Source of the DNA: Zootoca vivipara
Lineage: Eukaryota
Assembly: GCF_963506605.1 (NCBI RefSeq)
Contig: NC_083289.1
Coordinates: 53,320,001-53,384,000 of the forward strand
Reading direction: 5' to 3'
DNA length: 64,000 nt
Shown here in pieces: positions 51,341-63,552 of the stretch. The notes beneath the pieces are model-generated. The model ran no database searches. It was not told the origin of the DNA and saw only the letters and a program-made list of their open reading frames with translations. The first letter of the stretch is position 1. Every line of letters begins with the position of its first letter. Position numbers and translations under genes: made by a program.

Positions 51341-51990
51341 CTGCAAGTCAATGCCTCAAGGTTAATTCCCCGCCCTGCACAGGAAGGCCACTTTTCCATA
51401 ATATGATCCAGCATGGAAAACCCTGTAGACCAGGCAAATTGCTTGGGTCTTGATGGGAAGAAGGGACACCACGCAAGGAGGCCCATCTCCTGGCTGCCCT
51501 TTTCACTCAACCCCGGCAGGGAAGTGCATCGTGGAAAAGCACTTTGCACTTGGGGGCACAAGAAACATACCCATGGCTTCAAACCAATAGCTCAGACCCT
51601 GTTTTCCACCACAGATGCTTCTGGGAGTAAGAGGCACACAGGCTTTATACATGAGGTGGAAAATATGATCAGATCAGGGAACTCTGTGCGGCAAAACAAA
51701 GTTAAGAAAATGACAACCTCACAGCTGATCAATGTAAGAATAGCTTGCTGGGTCAGACCAGTGGCCTATTCAGTCCAGTATCCTGTTCTCACAGTGTAAA
51801 ACTCAAGCAGTCAGGTTCAGCAGATTTCCTCCACTGAAAATCAAATTGCAGCACAGCACTATCGTTACACAGAAAGCTGACTGACACGCATTCCAGATGC
51901 CAAACATCAGTTTCACACAAGCATCTGTACCACCTGAGGGTCCCACACTCTAAGGCAGCCTTCCTCAACCTGGCGCCTTCCATATGTGTT

Positions 51991-52399
51991 TGTCAGGGGA
52001 CCACCAGGGGTCAGCAGAGAGCCCGGAGAGGCAGTGCAAGGGGTCAGGGATGCAAGGAGCTCAGAGCACCACCAGGGAACGTCACGCCAGAGCTCTCAGA
52101 CGGAGAGGTCTCAGATGCTAGAGACCCTGATCAGCGCTTGAGCGGGTCAGGAGGGGAGGGGAACGCAATCGCCCTGTCTCCTCAACAGCGCAGGGGTCAA
52201 ACGTGTCGGGAGGAAAGAAGTAGACTATACTGTGTTGGAGGTGGTCCCGTCGAGAACCACTTCCGGGATCTGAAAGTGACTGAACGGTCATGGAAACTTT
52301 AGCTCCGTCTTGTACACATGTGTATAATTAAACTTTGTATATACACCAAAGTGGAGTTGAGAGTCTTCACTTGTGGAAAGCACAATCAGTGTCCTCACA
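51991..52399 (+). mobile_element. Solo LTR (409 bp) inserted in a decayed hAT MITE
   Basis: tgtcagg...cctcaca termini; 5-bp TSD gtgtt. Confidence 0.85.
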
Positions 52400-52755
52400 G
52401 TGTTGAACTACAGTTTCCATGTGATCTAAAAGATCTGGAGAGCTAGGCATAACTGATTGTGTGAGCGGCTTCCATTTGCATGTGCCCACTCAGCTGCCTT
52501 GATCGGTGGGGTGGGAGTGGCACTTCTACAGGTGCCACGTAATCCCCATTCTGCCTTTGTAAGAAGTCAATCACTTAAGATTGGCAGTGCCTACACTTTG
52601 GAACGCCCTGCCTATTGAGATCAAGCAGGCCCCTTCCCCACACTCCTTTGGGCACCTAATTAAAAAACCATTCTTTTTTAGACAAGCCCACCCAGATGCT
52701 TAGAAAGTTGAGGCAATTTTATTCTGTTTTAGTATTTTAACTTTTGTATGTTTTA

Positions 52756-53185
52756 CATACAAAATGATGTATGGAAGTGAGAGCTGGACCATCAAGAAGG
52801 CTGATCGCCGAAGAATTGATGCTTTTGAATTATGGTGCTGGAGGAGACTCTTGAGAGTCCCATGGACTGCAAGAAGATCAAACCTATCCATTCTGAAGGA
52901 AATCAGCCCTGAGCGCTCACTGGGAGGACAGATCGTGAAGCTGAGGCTCCAGTACTTTGGCCACCTCATGAGAAGAGAAGACTCCCTGGAAAAGACCCTG
53001 ATGTTGGGAAAGATTGAGGGCACTAGGAGAAGGGGACGACAGAGGACGAGATGGTTGGACAGTGTTCTCGAAGCTACGAACATGAGTTTGACCAAACTGC
53101 GGGAGGCAGTGCAAGACAGGAGTGCCTGGCGTGCTCTGGTCCATGGGGTCACGAAGAGTCAGACATGACTAAATGACTAAACAAC
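52756..53185 (+). mobile_element. Bov-B (RTE) LINE, 5'-truncated, inside an L2 remnant
   Basis: MYGSESWTIKKADRRRIDAFELWCWRR...; TSD atgtttta (52748-52755 / 53186-53193). Confidence 0.95.
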
Positions 53186-53385
53186 ATGTTTTAAAACAGA
53201 GTTGCCATTTTTTCTTCATCTCACTGTTTTGTATTTGCAAACCGCTTTGAGGTTGTTGGTTTTTTGTGTTTTGCAATCAAGCTGTGAATAAATTCTATGA
53301 AATAAAATAAATAAATAGGACTAAAATTAACAGTACAAGTTTGGCATGACATTTCTCTCTGTGTCTGTGTAACGGAGCTACTTAC

Positions 53386-53436
53386 TTTTTGATACTGCTC
53401 CTCGTTTACCTGCAGGGCGAGCAGAAAATCTGCATG
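53386..53436 (-). CDS. RNF216: RNF216 exon (about 10), 51 nt
   Basis: ttcttgccag|CATGCA...CAAAAA|gtaagt; HADFLLALQVNEEQYQK. Confidence 0.95.
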
Positions 53437-53697
53437 CTGGCAAGAAAAAAAGGAAACACACTCAGGGCTATGAGCACAGAACCTTTAGAATGGATGAGCC
53501 ACTCACCATTTTTCAATGCGATGGGAGGACCACCACTACTGAACCTTCTCACTGGGAAATCCTTGATAAAGTTTCAGAGGGCTCTCAGGGCTACTCTCAG
53601 TTTTCAAGTGGTGTGACGAAACTACAGTGGAACCTCGGGTTAAAAACCTGATCTGTGCAGGAGGCACGTTCGCAACCCACAGTGTTCGCAACCCAAG

Positions 53698-53945
53698 AGG
53701 AGGAGGAGTTTGGATTTGATATCCCGCTTTATCACTACCCGAAGGAGTCTCAAAGCGGCTCACATTCTCCTTTCCCTTCCTCTCCCACAACAAACACTCT
53801 GTGAGGTGAGTGAGGCTGAGAGACTTCAGAGAAGTGTGACTAGCCCAAGGTCACCCAGCAGCTGCATGTGGAGGAGCGGAGACGCGAACCCGGTTCCCTA
53901 GATTACGAGTCTACCGCTCTTAGCCACTACACCACACTGGCTCTC
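53698..53945 (-). mobile_element. Squam3-type SINE (tRNA head, CORE, L2 tail) nested in a mariner MITE
   Basis: Minus strand gagagccagtgtggtgtagtgg...gggttcgcgtctcc; flanking repeat caacccaag. Confidence 0.85.
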
Positions 53946-54944
53946 AACCCAAGGTATGGCTGTATTAAGGATGGCTCTATGTCAGACACAGCCAAGGTAA
54001 AGAGGGTTGTCCACACCTTGTGGCTTTTGTGTTAGGCAACCCTCCTGGCACCTCCAGAGGACATCCAGTAAGCTTGCTTGCTAGATGAAGCTTGGGGCCA
54101 CCAAAGCATGTTCTTTGTTAGAGTTACATAGCTGTCCACCAATAAATTCCTCCTGGGCAGCTTACAACAAAATACTTAAGAAGCAACTCAATAATTTTTA
54201 AAAATAAGACAAGGAGAAGCTTCTTTGCATACAGGCAGCATAAAATCGTTTTGTAGCTTAGATTCCAAAAAGCTTGAGTGAACATTCCCCTGGCACTGGA
54301 AAGCTTCTAAAAAATCCCCTCTGGGGAGGATATTCCTTAGCTGAGGTGCCACTACCAAAAAGGCCCTCTCTCCATGGCAGCCACCCACCCAACTTGGTAG
54401 GGGAACCTGGAACAGGATCTTAAGGTTCTGAAGGTTCTGAATGTTCAGGGAGGCATATGCAAAAGGTGGAGATATTTCAGGCAGCCCAAGCTACTGAGGG
54501 CTTTGTAGGTTAAATCCACCACTTTAGAAAACTGGGCCCAGGTCCAGTTGGAAGCCCTACCAGGGTGTAACTCAAAAGCCCAGTCCCAGTAAACCTGCAG
54601 TTCTATTTCAAACCTACTGCAGTGTCTGGGTTAGTTTTAAAGGCAGCCCTACATACAACACATTACAGCAGTCTGTGGGAAATTGCCAGAGCATGGTTAC
54701 CTGTGGCTGTACTAGCTCCATACAAGTAAGACTGCAGCAGATGTTATTAACAGAAACTGATAAAAGATGCTTCAAATCATAGAATCATAGAATTGTAGAG
54801 TTGGAAGAGACCACAAGGGCCATCCAGTCCAACCCCCTGCCGAGCAGGAAACACCATCAAAGCAAATTACAGAAGCTACATAGCTTCGAATGAAAAGGTT
54901 GGACCTGAAAGTACTTACCATACTGCAAACCTAATCCCTTAGGG

Positions 54945-55138
54945 CAGGCACCCAAAAACTTGTGGGTGTGTCCTGCTCTCATTAACTGGTCACGATCTAG
55001 AGCAGGCACCCCCAAACTTCGGCCCTCCAGATGTTTTAGACTACAATTTTCATCATCCCTGACCACTGATCCTGTTAGCTAGGGATCATGGGAGTTGTAG
55101 GCCAAAACATCTGGAGGGCTGCAGTTTGGGGGTGCCTG
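54945..55138. mobile_element. hAT MITE with duplicated left end and a 53-bp foreign insert
   Basis: TSD ccttaggg/ctttaggg (54937-54944 / 55139-55146); second TIR starts at 55003. Confidence 0.85.
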
Positions 55139-55325
55139 CTTTAGGGGGAGAGCAGCCGTCTCCAGGACAGACTGAATACCATTCACCCATGTGGATGGAC
55201 AGCCCACCCACAACCCACAGCACCTCTGTCTTGTCTGGGCTGAGCCCCATCCAGGCCATCGCCATGCCCAAATCCCCAGGCCAAATATCAGTGAGTGATG
55301 CCCAAGAAAGAAGAACTCGTCTTAG

Positions 55326-55462
55326 CATTGTTTCTCAAACCTGGGTCCCCAGGCTTTTGTCAGACTACAACTCCCATCATCCCTAGCTAGCAGGACCGGT
55401 GGTCAGGGATGATGGGAGGTGTAGTCTAACAACAGCTGGGGGCCCAAATTTGAGAAACACTG
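55326..55462. mobile_element. hAT MITE (cagtgtttctcaaa TIR type)
   Basis: cattgtttctcaaacctggg...cccaaatttgagaaacactg. Confidence 0.75.
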
Positions 55463-55522
55463 TTTAGTGTCTTGGCTGCCAAAAGAGCCTCGAGAGTCCC
55501 TTGCACAGGACACACCGCTCAC

Positions 55523-55662
55523 CTCTGCCATTTCCTTGATCTTCTGCTCGTAGAACTCCTGCTCCAGCTGCACGGCTGGCAAGAGAGCGCACGCGTCGTA
55601 GCTCCTGTAGTGCCTCCTCTTGTTCTCCAAGAAGAACATGCGCTTCTCTATTTTCATGTCAC
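55523..55662 (-). CDS. RNF216: RNF216 exon (about 9), 140 nt
   Basis: cttcag|GTGACATG...GCAGAG|gtgagc; [47 protein letters not shown]. Confidence 0.96.
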
Positions 55663-56195
55663 CTGAAGTGCCATTGGAAAAACCGAACAAAGAAACAAAT
55701 AGCCCTCAATGAGGAGGAAAGAGGAGAGCAAGGGGCCCAGCCACGAAACAGGGCCCTCTGCAGTGCACCATCCCCTTATAATCCGACCCTCATCTGTTTC
55801 TTATCTCATCCACTCTGACTAAACTCCAGTGAGCTGTGGGAAATGGACATGGCCTGACAACACACAGTTGCAACATGCTGCTGACATTACCTGGAATTTG
55901 TATCTTCCAACAACTGTGCCTCAACTCAATAAAAATATTTTTTGTAAAAAAAAAAAAACCACCCCAACAACTCAGCCACCGAGGATGCAACTGTGGCTCA
56001 TCCCAACCCCCTCCCCCCTCCCAGTGACTGAGAAAAATGGGACTGCCCCAGGCAGAGGGGCAGAGGCACAGGATCCCAGAGAGGAGCAGGAGGAGAGGCG
56101 CCGTGGAAGCAGCATCCCGCTCTTGCAATTACCACGTCACAATCCAGCCACCCTCCTCAAGATTAACTGCTGCAGTTAAGAGGTTCCCACTAGAC

Positions 56196-56331
56196 CAGGC
56201 ATCCCCAAACTTCGGCCCTCCAGATGTTTTGGACTACAGTTCCCATCATTCCTGACCACTGGTCCTGTTAGCTAGGGATCATGGGAGTTGTAGGCCAAAA
56301 CATCTGGAGGGCCGCAGTTTGGGGGTGCCTG
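56196..56331. mobile_element. hAT MITE
   Basis: TIRs; 8-bp TSD cactagac. Confidence 0.9.
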
Positions 56332-57595
56332 CACTAGACATATGGGGCCATGAACTAGGCGGCCAGCCATGCTCTTCTCAGTCAGTTGATTGGTGATCAC
56401 TGAACCCAATGATGTGGAAAACAGAGGAATTGAGCTCCTGGGGGGGTATTCTGCAACCCACTCAGGGGAAATTCACAGGGATGGGGCACACTTTGCCTTT
56501 TCTGGCTTGCAAGGAATTTCAGAGGCACCTTTTCACGGAAAGGACCTGTCCCTGAATTCTGGGTGCCCCGGCACTTGCCAATCCCTTATGTGCAGCTTAC
56601 AGTCTGCCTCCAGGCACAATTCAGAGAGCTGTCCTCCGTATGGAGGCAATCATCACAGACCGTGGGCAGATATCTTGCACCAGAGGCCCTCATCACTGGA
56701 ACATCAGTGGCTGGCTACCAGGGACAGGGCCTTTTCTGTTGTGGCACCCAGATTGTGGAATGCTCTCCTAATAAGGTAAGACTATTTTACATAGCAAAGC
56801 TTCTGGATGCTCAACTGCTGCTGTTTGTATGTCTTTAAGTCTTATCTATTCATACTCCCTTTTACATTGTTTCACAGGTAATGCAACACAGAAAACAAAA
56901 AGTCCCCCAACAATCATATCTGCAATGACGAATTCCTCCCTCCCTTCCTTCCCCACCCAACAACATGATCACCTCCACAAAGAAAAATGATTCAGTCATC
57001 TGAAAGTTCTTTTCCACGTTGCGCCTGGCAGGCAAAAGCCACATTCCTTTGTTATAGCAAATGAAATAAATCCAACCAAATTACATAAGTGTGCTCATTA
57101 TGTCTGCCGTGAGGTTTTCGCTTTTGTGAGATGGCTTGAGCATCAGCCGAGGTGGAGAGGTAAAGGCCATCCCTTTGAGAAAGAAGACACACATTCCCAG
57201 CACTCAGTGCTCCTGTCTCATGTGAGCTGGCGGGCTGCAGAAAGGGGCAGGGGGCTGACAGGCCTGCCAAGACAGGAGGCTCCCGGGGTGAATGAGCAGG
57301 AAGAGGCGGCAGCAGCAGGAAACAGAAATTGTAGTCAAATGGAGCCAACCTGAACACAGAAGACAGAGCTGCCTCCTGGTCTCCTGCCCCTTCCTCCCTC
57401 CCACTCGCTGTCCCCAGAGTGGGGGTGCATCAGCACAACCCGATTGCTCCCCCAGCCATCTTGGTGGTGCTGCTGCTCATTTCTTCCCGCACACCTCTAC
57501 TTTTGGCACACAGTTATTGCAGCGAGAAGCGCCTTGAATGGAGAAGCCTGGCCGGCCCCTGAGAGCCAGCACAGACCCTGCTCAAACAGCAGCTA

Positions 57596-57781
<186 letters not shown>

Positions 57782-57939
57782 TTACTAATAATAATAATGA
57801 TGATGCCTTGGTGCCTCAGCGGGCTTTACTTCTTACATGCTCAGGCTGTACATCTCCCTTCCAACACTGAGTAAAGTAAATTGTTGCAGCAGGAGTTTGG
57901 GGTGGGGGGAAAGAGAGAGAAGAAGCGAAGGGAAGGAAC

Positions 57940-58104
57940 CTTTCGTGTGATTGCATAGTGTCCCTTGAGCTCATGCAGCGCCCACTTGATGTCCTGGCTG
58001 CTCAACATTTTGAAGTCGGCCATGAGGAGATCAGCCGCTTGGATAAAGCAGCGCTGATCAAGCGGTTCAAGTTTGGAAAAGTCAAAGTAGTCCACTTTAG
58101 GCAC
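57940..58104 (-). CDS. RNF216: RNF216 exon (about 7), 165 nt
   Basis: tcttag|GTGCCT...CGAAAG|gttcct; [55 protein letters not shown]. Confidence 0.96.
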
Positions 58105-59288
58105 CTAAGAGAAAAGAAAAAGGGAAACAGGGAGGGAGGCAGGGGAAAGCGTCAGCACACGCTCGGCTGGCCTTGGAAGTTTACCGTGATTATTATTCAA
58201 GCTTCACTCGACTTTTCCTCCCACAAGCTCAAGATTCTCCCCTACCCCACATTTACAGTATTCTCAAAACAACCTTGCAATGGAGGTGAGGTTTAAAAGG
58301 TAGCGGACTGGGCATCTTCCATTCTTGACCTATAAGCCCTTCAGATCCAAGGCTGACAGGGGATGAGTATGCCGATAAGTTAACCTGCACTTGCTACCTT
58401 GCAATGAAATGATCTCAGAGAAAGGGAATTGTAGTCTAGAAAAGGCAACTTGAGAGGAAGGAGAGCCATAAGACTCCTGCCCCTGTAACCTATCCTAATG
58501 ATATATATCCAGATAAGCTCCAATGGACTAGAAGGGAAGATTCATTATGCTGGCCCAAATGCAGGGACTGGAAGAAATATGTCCAGGTTAGAGGCCCAAC
58601 ACTCCCACCCTGCCAGCAATCTGGTTCTGGGCCGGAGGAGCAAGAGCAGCAGTTGCAGACCTTAGAACACTCCAAGGTGGCTTTGGAAGGGACGGCATAC
58701 AGAACGATTCCTGCCACTCCCCAGAGGAGGGAGAGATGTGGGGGGCTGGTAGGGGACTCCCTACTGAGCGGGGCAGAGGCAGCAGTGTGAGGAGGTAACA
58801 GCATGTCACAGGAGCTGCGCTGTCTTCCAGCTGCAAAGATTCACCATGTGACTAAGAAGTTGCCAAGCCTTCTAAAGCCCACTGACCACAGTCCCTTCCT
58901 TCTGATTCACACAGCCTTCGACATATAGAAAGGGACTCTGGACTCTGGGCAGGAAGCTGAAGAGGCCTGGGGCACGGAGGATTTTTCATCCCTCCTTCCT
59001 GTTGAAAGCCATGGCCCGGAAGAGAGAGGAAAGTATTGGAAGGACAGCACTGGCTGCCCAGGTGGTGCCATCAGGAAAGGTTTGGCTTCTTGGATCAGGG
59101 TCTCCACTCCCTTCTGGCAAGAGACTGGTTGCACCTCACAGCAGCTGGCAAGAATGTGTGTGCTAAGAGTTCAACCTTTTAACCTCTGCCCCTTCCCTGA
59201 AGTCCCTCGAACCCTGCCTAATGTACATCAAATGGCCTCCATGCAGGGACTTCACAATTTCTGATTAACCTTACAACTTGCCACTTAC

Positions 59289-59391
59289 CTTTGTCTCATC
59301 TGGGCTGGAGAGGAGGCTGCTATTTGGATTTAAAACCACTCTGCCTTCCTTCTTTGGGTAATCTGGATTTTCCAGAAGAAAATTACAAAGT
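59289..59391 (-). CDS. RNF216: RNF216 exon (about 6), 103 nt
   Basis: ttttgcag|ACTTTGT...ACAAAG|gtaagt; (I)[34 protein letters not shown]; absent from the ORF track, read by hand. Confidence 0.96.
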
Positions 59392-60112
59392 CTGCAAAAG
59401 CAAGAGGAGACCATTACTTGGCCAGGGCTGTCAACTTACTTGGCACAACTTTCCCCAACACACTCGTGCTTCCTTCCCCAGCCTGACACCCTCCAGATGT
59501 TTTGGGCTACAGCTGCCACCATCCTTGATCACTGGCTGTGCTGGCTGAGGGGGCTGGTGGGAGTTAGAATCCAACAACATCTAGATGACACCAGGGTGGC
59601 GAAAGCCGGCCTAGGGGGCTTGGCAGGCGGATATAGCCCTCCCCACCCGCCCTCAGAACAGCAGCAGCAGCAAATGAAAGAAACAGAGAGCTGGATGCAG
59701 CAGGGTACAGGCAAGAGTCAGACCAGGGGCAAGAAAGAGACAACAGCAGCAGGGGGAAAGGAGCTCAAAAGGAGGCAAGCATTTTTATGTACTCAAGAGT
59801 TTTTCCAAACGGGGAAGGAGTACCCAGCTGTACATCAGAAAAACAGCTTGTGAGTTTAAACCCATTCTCACAAATGCAAAACACAAAAGAGCCAATCCTG
59901 GCTTCCTCTGCTGTCATGTCTAACTTGGCCCCGTGGTAACCAAGAAGCAAAATAAGGCTGGAATACAGAGGAGGCTATCAAGAAGCAGGACCTGTTTTGT
60001 TGCTGACTCTTTTTGCGAAAGATAGCCAAATAAGGATGGGATTGGCAAGTGGCCATGTGCCATGCTGACCCATAGAGCCTGGGTAGGCTGAGCCATAATG
60101 GTTGCTCTAGAT

Positions 60113-60248
60113 CAGGCATCCCCAAACTCGGCCCTGCAGATGTTTTGGGACTACAACTCCCATCATCCCTAGCTAACAGGACCAGTGGTCAGGGATGATG
60201 GGAATTGTAGTCCCAAAACATCTGCAGGGCCAAGTTTGGGGGTGCCTG
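60113..60248. mobile_element. hAT MITE
   Basis: TIRs; 8-bp TSD ctctagat. Confidence 0.9.
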
Positions 60249-60350
60249 CTCTAGATCGTGACCAGTTAATGAGAGCAGGACACACCCACAGGTTTTTGGG
60301 TATTGCTGCTAACAGGTTTGTAAGTGTGCTGCAAAAGCTTCCATACTTAC

Positions 60351-60427
60351 ATGTTTAAGTCACAGCAGTTTTTATTCTGTATTAGATCCTCAATGTACTC
60401 TCTGGTTGCATCTGGGAACCTTGCTTC
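60351..60427 (-). CDS. RNF216: RNF216 exon (about 5), 77 nt
   Basis: atccag|GAAGCAAGG...AACAT|gtaagt; EARFPDATREYIEDLIQNKNCCDLN. Confidence 0.95.
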
Positions 60428-61629
60428 CTGGATTTGGGGGGGGAGAGACAAAACACACACATTTTGGTTGATAAGCAGTTCAAGAAAAGCTTCACATTTA
60501 TGGTGACCAGAGCTGGAAATAATATTTCCATGCAAACAGACTGAAATGTTCCCACTGTGTTACTTATACACCAGCAAAGGACACTTGGGAATATGCCAAG
60601 AAAGCAGCATTACTGTAAAAATGTAATTTATCAGATACCTTTAGACTAGATGCAATGAAATGCTGAGTAAATTATTATTATTATTATTTATTAAATTTGT
60701 ATACCACCCTTCACCCAAAGATCACAGGGTGGTTCACAACATAAAATAACAAAATGAAAGCATAAAATACATGATAAAACAAAAGCAAAACAAACCTATA
60801 ACCCTCCTCCCACAGATGTATTAAAAAAGCCATAGAATTGTTAATTGACTAAATGCCTCGTTGAAGAGAAACATTTTTGCTTGGCGCCTAAAGATATGCC
60901 ATAAATGTTGTGCATGAAGCTATAAATTTCAATTGATCTGTTAGTTTAAATGCATTAAAGGCCAAATTAGGCAGCTAGGTCACCAATTAGCCAAAAGAAG
61001 AAGAAAGTACCAATCAGCTAGAACCAGGAAGCAGCAGAAGTTTCACTTCACAAAACTGATTTTTATTTTGTTTTTTTTAAAAAAAGTGTGTCGCAAGGAA
61101 GCATCCTTCTTAAGGACTCACTTTAGGAGTGACTGGCCTGTGATGCTGGGTTCCAGTTCACACCTCCCAGAGATCAGAGATGCTCTCCAACAACATCTGG
61201 AGGGGCCACAGCCCCCCCCCCAAACTCCTGGCCTACACTTTGGCAAAATGTGTTGCAACACACAAGTGTTATTACTCCAGACTTTTTAAATTATTTATTA
61301 ATTAGTGTGTCTGCCCATGGGGTGACCTTGGAGACCCCACTCTACCGTTGTGTGACTCTACGATTCTATATGCCAGAGCAGGATGCAAAACCCTCTGCGC
61401 CACAAACAAGGATCTTGTGGCAAGAACTCAAAGGCTTCGCCAAAGGAAGGAAGCTTGAACACTACCCAGTTGAGGCAAGATTTATGCAAGGTGGCCCACA
61501 TGGGCTTTCCATGTGCACCTGGTCACGCGCATTTGCTCACATCTGTTGCCCATCTGCTCAGCGCACCAATCACTGGCACACAAACAAGGGCAGCACATGG
61601 AAAGCTGACATGGGCAAGAGCTTTCCACA

Positions 61630-62514
61630 TGAAAGATGAAGAAGTGGAATCAGTTATGATACATTGGGCTAAAGATATAGGACACAATATACCAATAGGT
61701 GACTGGGGGAGACTATGGAAAGAAGGAATAAATTTTACTGCCTGCAGAGCTTTAAAAGAAAATATAACGAAAATAATGTACAGATGGTATATAACACTGG
61801 TAAAACTGGCGAAAATGTATAAAACAAGTAACAAAAGTTGGAAATGTAAAGAAAAGGAGGGCACATTTTACCATATGGGGTGGGAATGTAAAAAAGTAAA
61901 AGACTTCTGGGAAATGGTTTATAATGAGATTTTAAAAATGTTGAAATATACATTTTTTAAAAAAAAACACAGAAGCGCTTTTACTTGGAATGGTAGGTAC
62001 AGAAATTCATAAGAGTGATAAAAAATTGTTTTTATATGGGACAACTGCAGCAAGAATACTATTAGTCCAATGATGGAATCAGGAGGAAATGCCAACAAAA
62101 GAAGAGCGACAGATGAAAGTGATGGACTATGCCAGGCTGGTGAGACGAACAGGGAAAATTCGAAACCAGCAGGACCAGACTTTCCTAAAGGACCAGAACA
62201 AATTCATGTCGTATTTGAAAGACAATTGTAATGATTTAACATCGCTTGTAGGGTTACAAGAAGCTTTGTAGGAAGACTTTATAAATTATTGTGAAAAAGG
62301 TTAAGTTTAATTGATGTAAGATTTGATTTATAACAATAAGTATAGTACCAAAATGCAAAATCAGAAAAGGATTTAGAAAACCATTAGAAGGGGTTGAGGG
62401 AAGTCGAAGGCTGTGACAGCCAAAGATGTCTCATGGGTTTTTTCCCCCTTTCTTCCCCCCCCCCTTTTTTGGAGTTGTTACGCTGGAAAATATGTGTAAA
62501 AACCAATAAAAAAA
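61630..62514 (+). mobile_element. L1-clade LINE 3' fragment, antisense to RNF216
   Basis: KIMYRWYITLVKLAKMY...WKCKEKEGTFYHMGWECKKVKDFW; aataaa plus A tail near 62505. Confidence 0.85.
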
Positions 62515-62647
62515 GAGAGATTTCCACATGATGTGCATCCCATTCAGTGAAGTCAAAGTGATCACAGTGGGGGGAAATGAGTGTGCTGTCATGACCTCTT
62601 CTTGATGAGTGCCATACTTATGAAGGATACCCGACAACGACACTCAC

Positions 62648-63484
62648 CGTTTCCCTGATGAGAAGAGCAAAGAGGTCTTTGTCAAGCTGAGGAGCAGTGC
62701 CTTGCTTGGGAATGTCGCCGGAACCAGGATCTGGGGGGCCTCGGGCTGGCGAAGAGGGGCCCGCCTGCTCATTGACCGTTGCCTGCTGCCCACCTCCCTC
62801 TTCTTCTGGTGGGTGAGCCAGCTGTGGGGAGGCGGGGCCTGGGATCCCGTCCTGTGGCGGCTCTGGCCTGGGAAAGGCAGGCCCAGGGATCTCCTCCTGG
62901 TACGCCCTGGGCAGCGGGCCCAGGTCCATGTCCCGCTGCCCTCGCTGAGGAGAAATTAGGTTGACCACAGGGCCCGCATCCTTCTCAGCGGGCTGGAAAT
63001 AGGGGTGGTCCAGCCGCATGTTCTCCTGGATGCACCGGGCAGTCCCTCCAAGCGGCGGTGCCAGCCTTGGTTGCAGCTCTGGCTCCCTCTGCTCCTGCCC
63101 TTCCTCATCAGTGAGCAAGACCTCCTCCAAGTTGATGACCTCCTTCTCACCGCTGGGTCTCGCCTCTCTCGTCCGAGGCACGCTGGGACCAGGCTCCGGA
63201 ACAGCCCCATCGCCGTCCCCCCTCGGCCCAACAGGCTCTGGGGTTCCTGGCAGTTCCAAGACCTCGCTCTCGCTTTCCTGCCGTCCCAGCAGCATGCCAG
63301 CGGCCTTCGCGCAGTTCTGCCAAGCGCCAGGCGGCCTTGGGGAAGGGGTGGTCCTCGCCTTCTGTCCATCGTGGGGCCCTGGCAACATGTCGCCCTTGGA
63401 TCCTCCTTCCCCCGACTTGCTCGCACTCTGCCAGGGAGCCGCTGGTCTGATCACATTGGAGCGCAAAAGCTTCTTCGCTCCTGT
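62648..63484 (-). CDS. RNF216: RNF216 large exon (about exon 4), 837 nt, Pro/acidic disordered N-terminal region
   Basis: tttaaag|ACAGGAGCG...GAAACG|gtgagt; 279 codons, no stop; TGAKKLLRSNVIRPAAPWQ...LDHPYFQ...PGPAFPRPEP...LLIRET. Confidence 0.93.
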
Positions 63485-63552
63485 CTTTAAAAGAATATTA
63501 AGTCGTAGTTAGGCTAGCCGTTTCTTTGGAAGGCTGCTTCAGGTTGCAAGTA

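Noticed and set aside
61383-62012. 209-aa ORF with a Cys/His motif
   Set aside because: Chance read-through into a decayed L1 ORF2 fragment.
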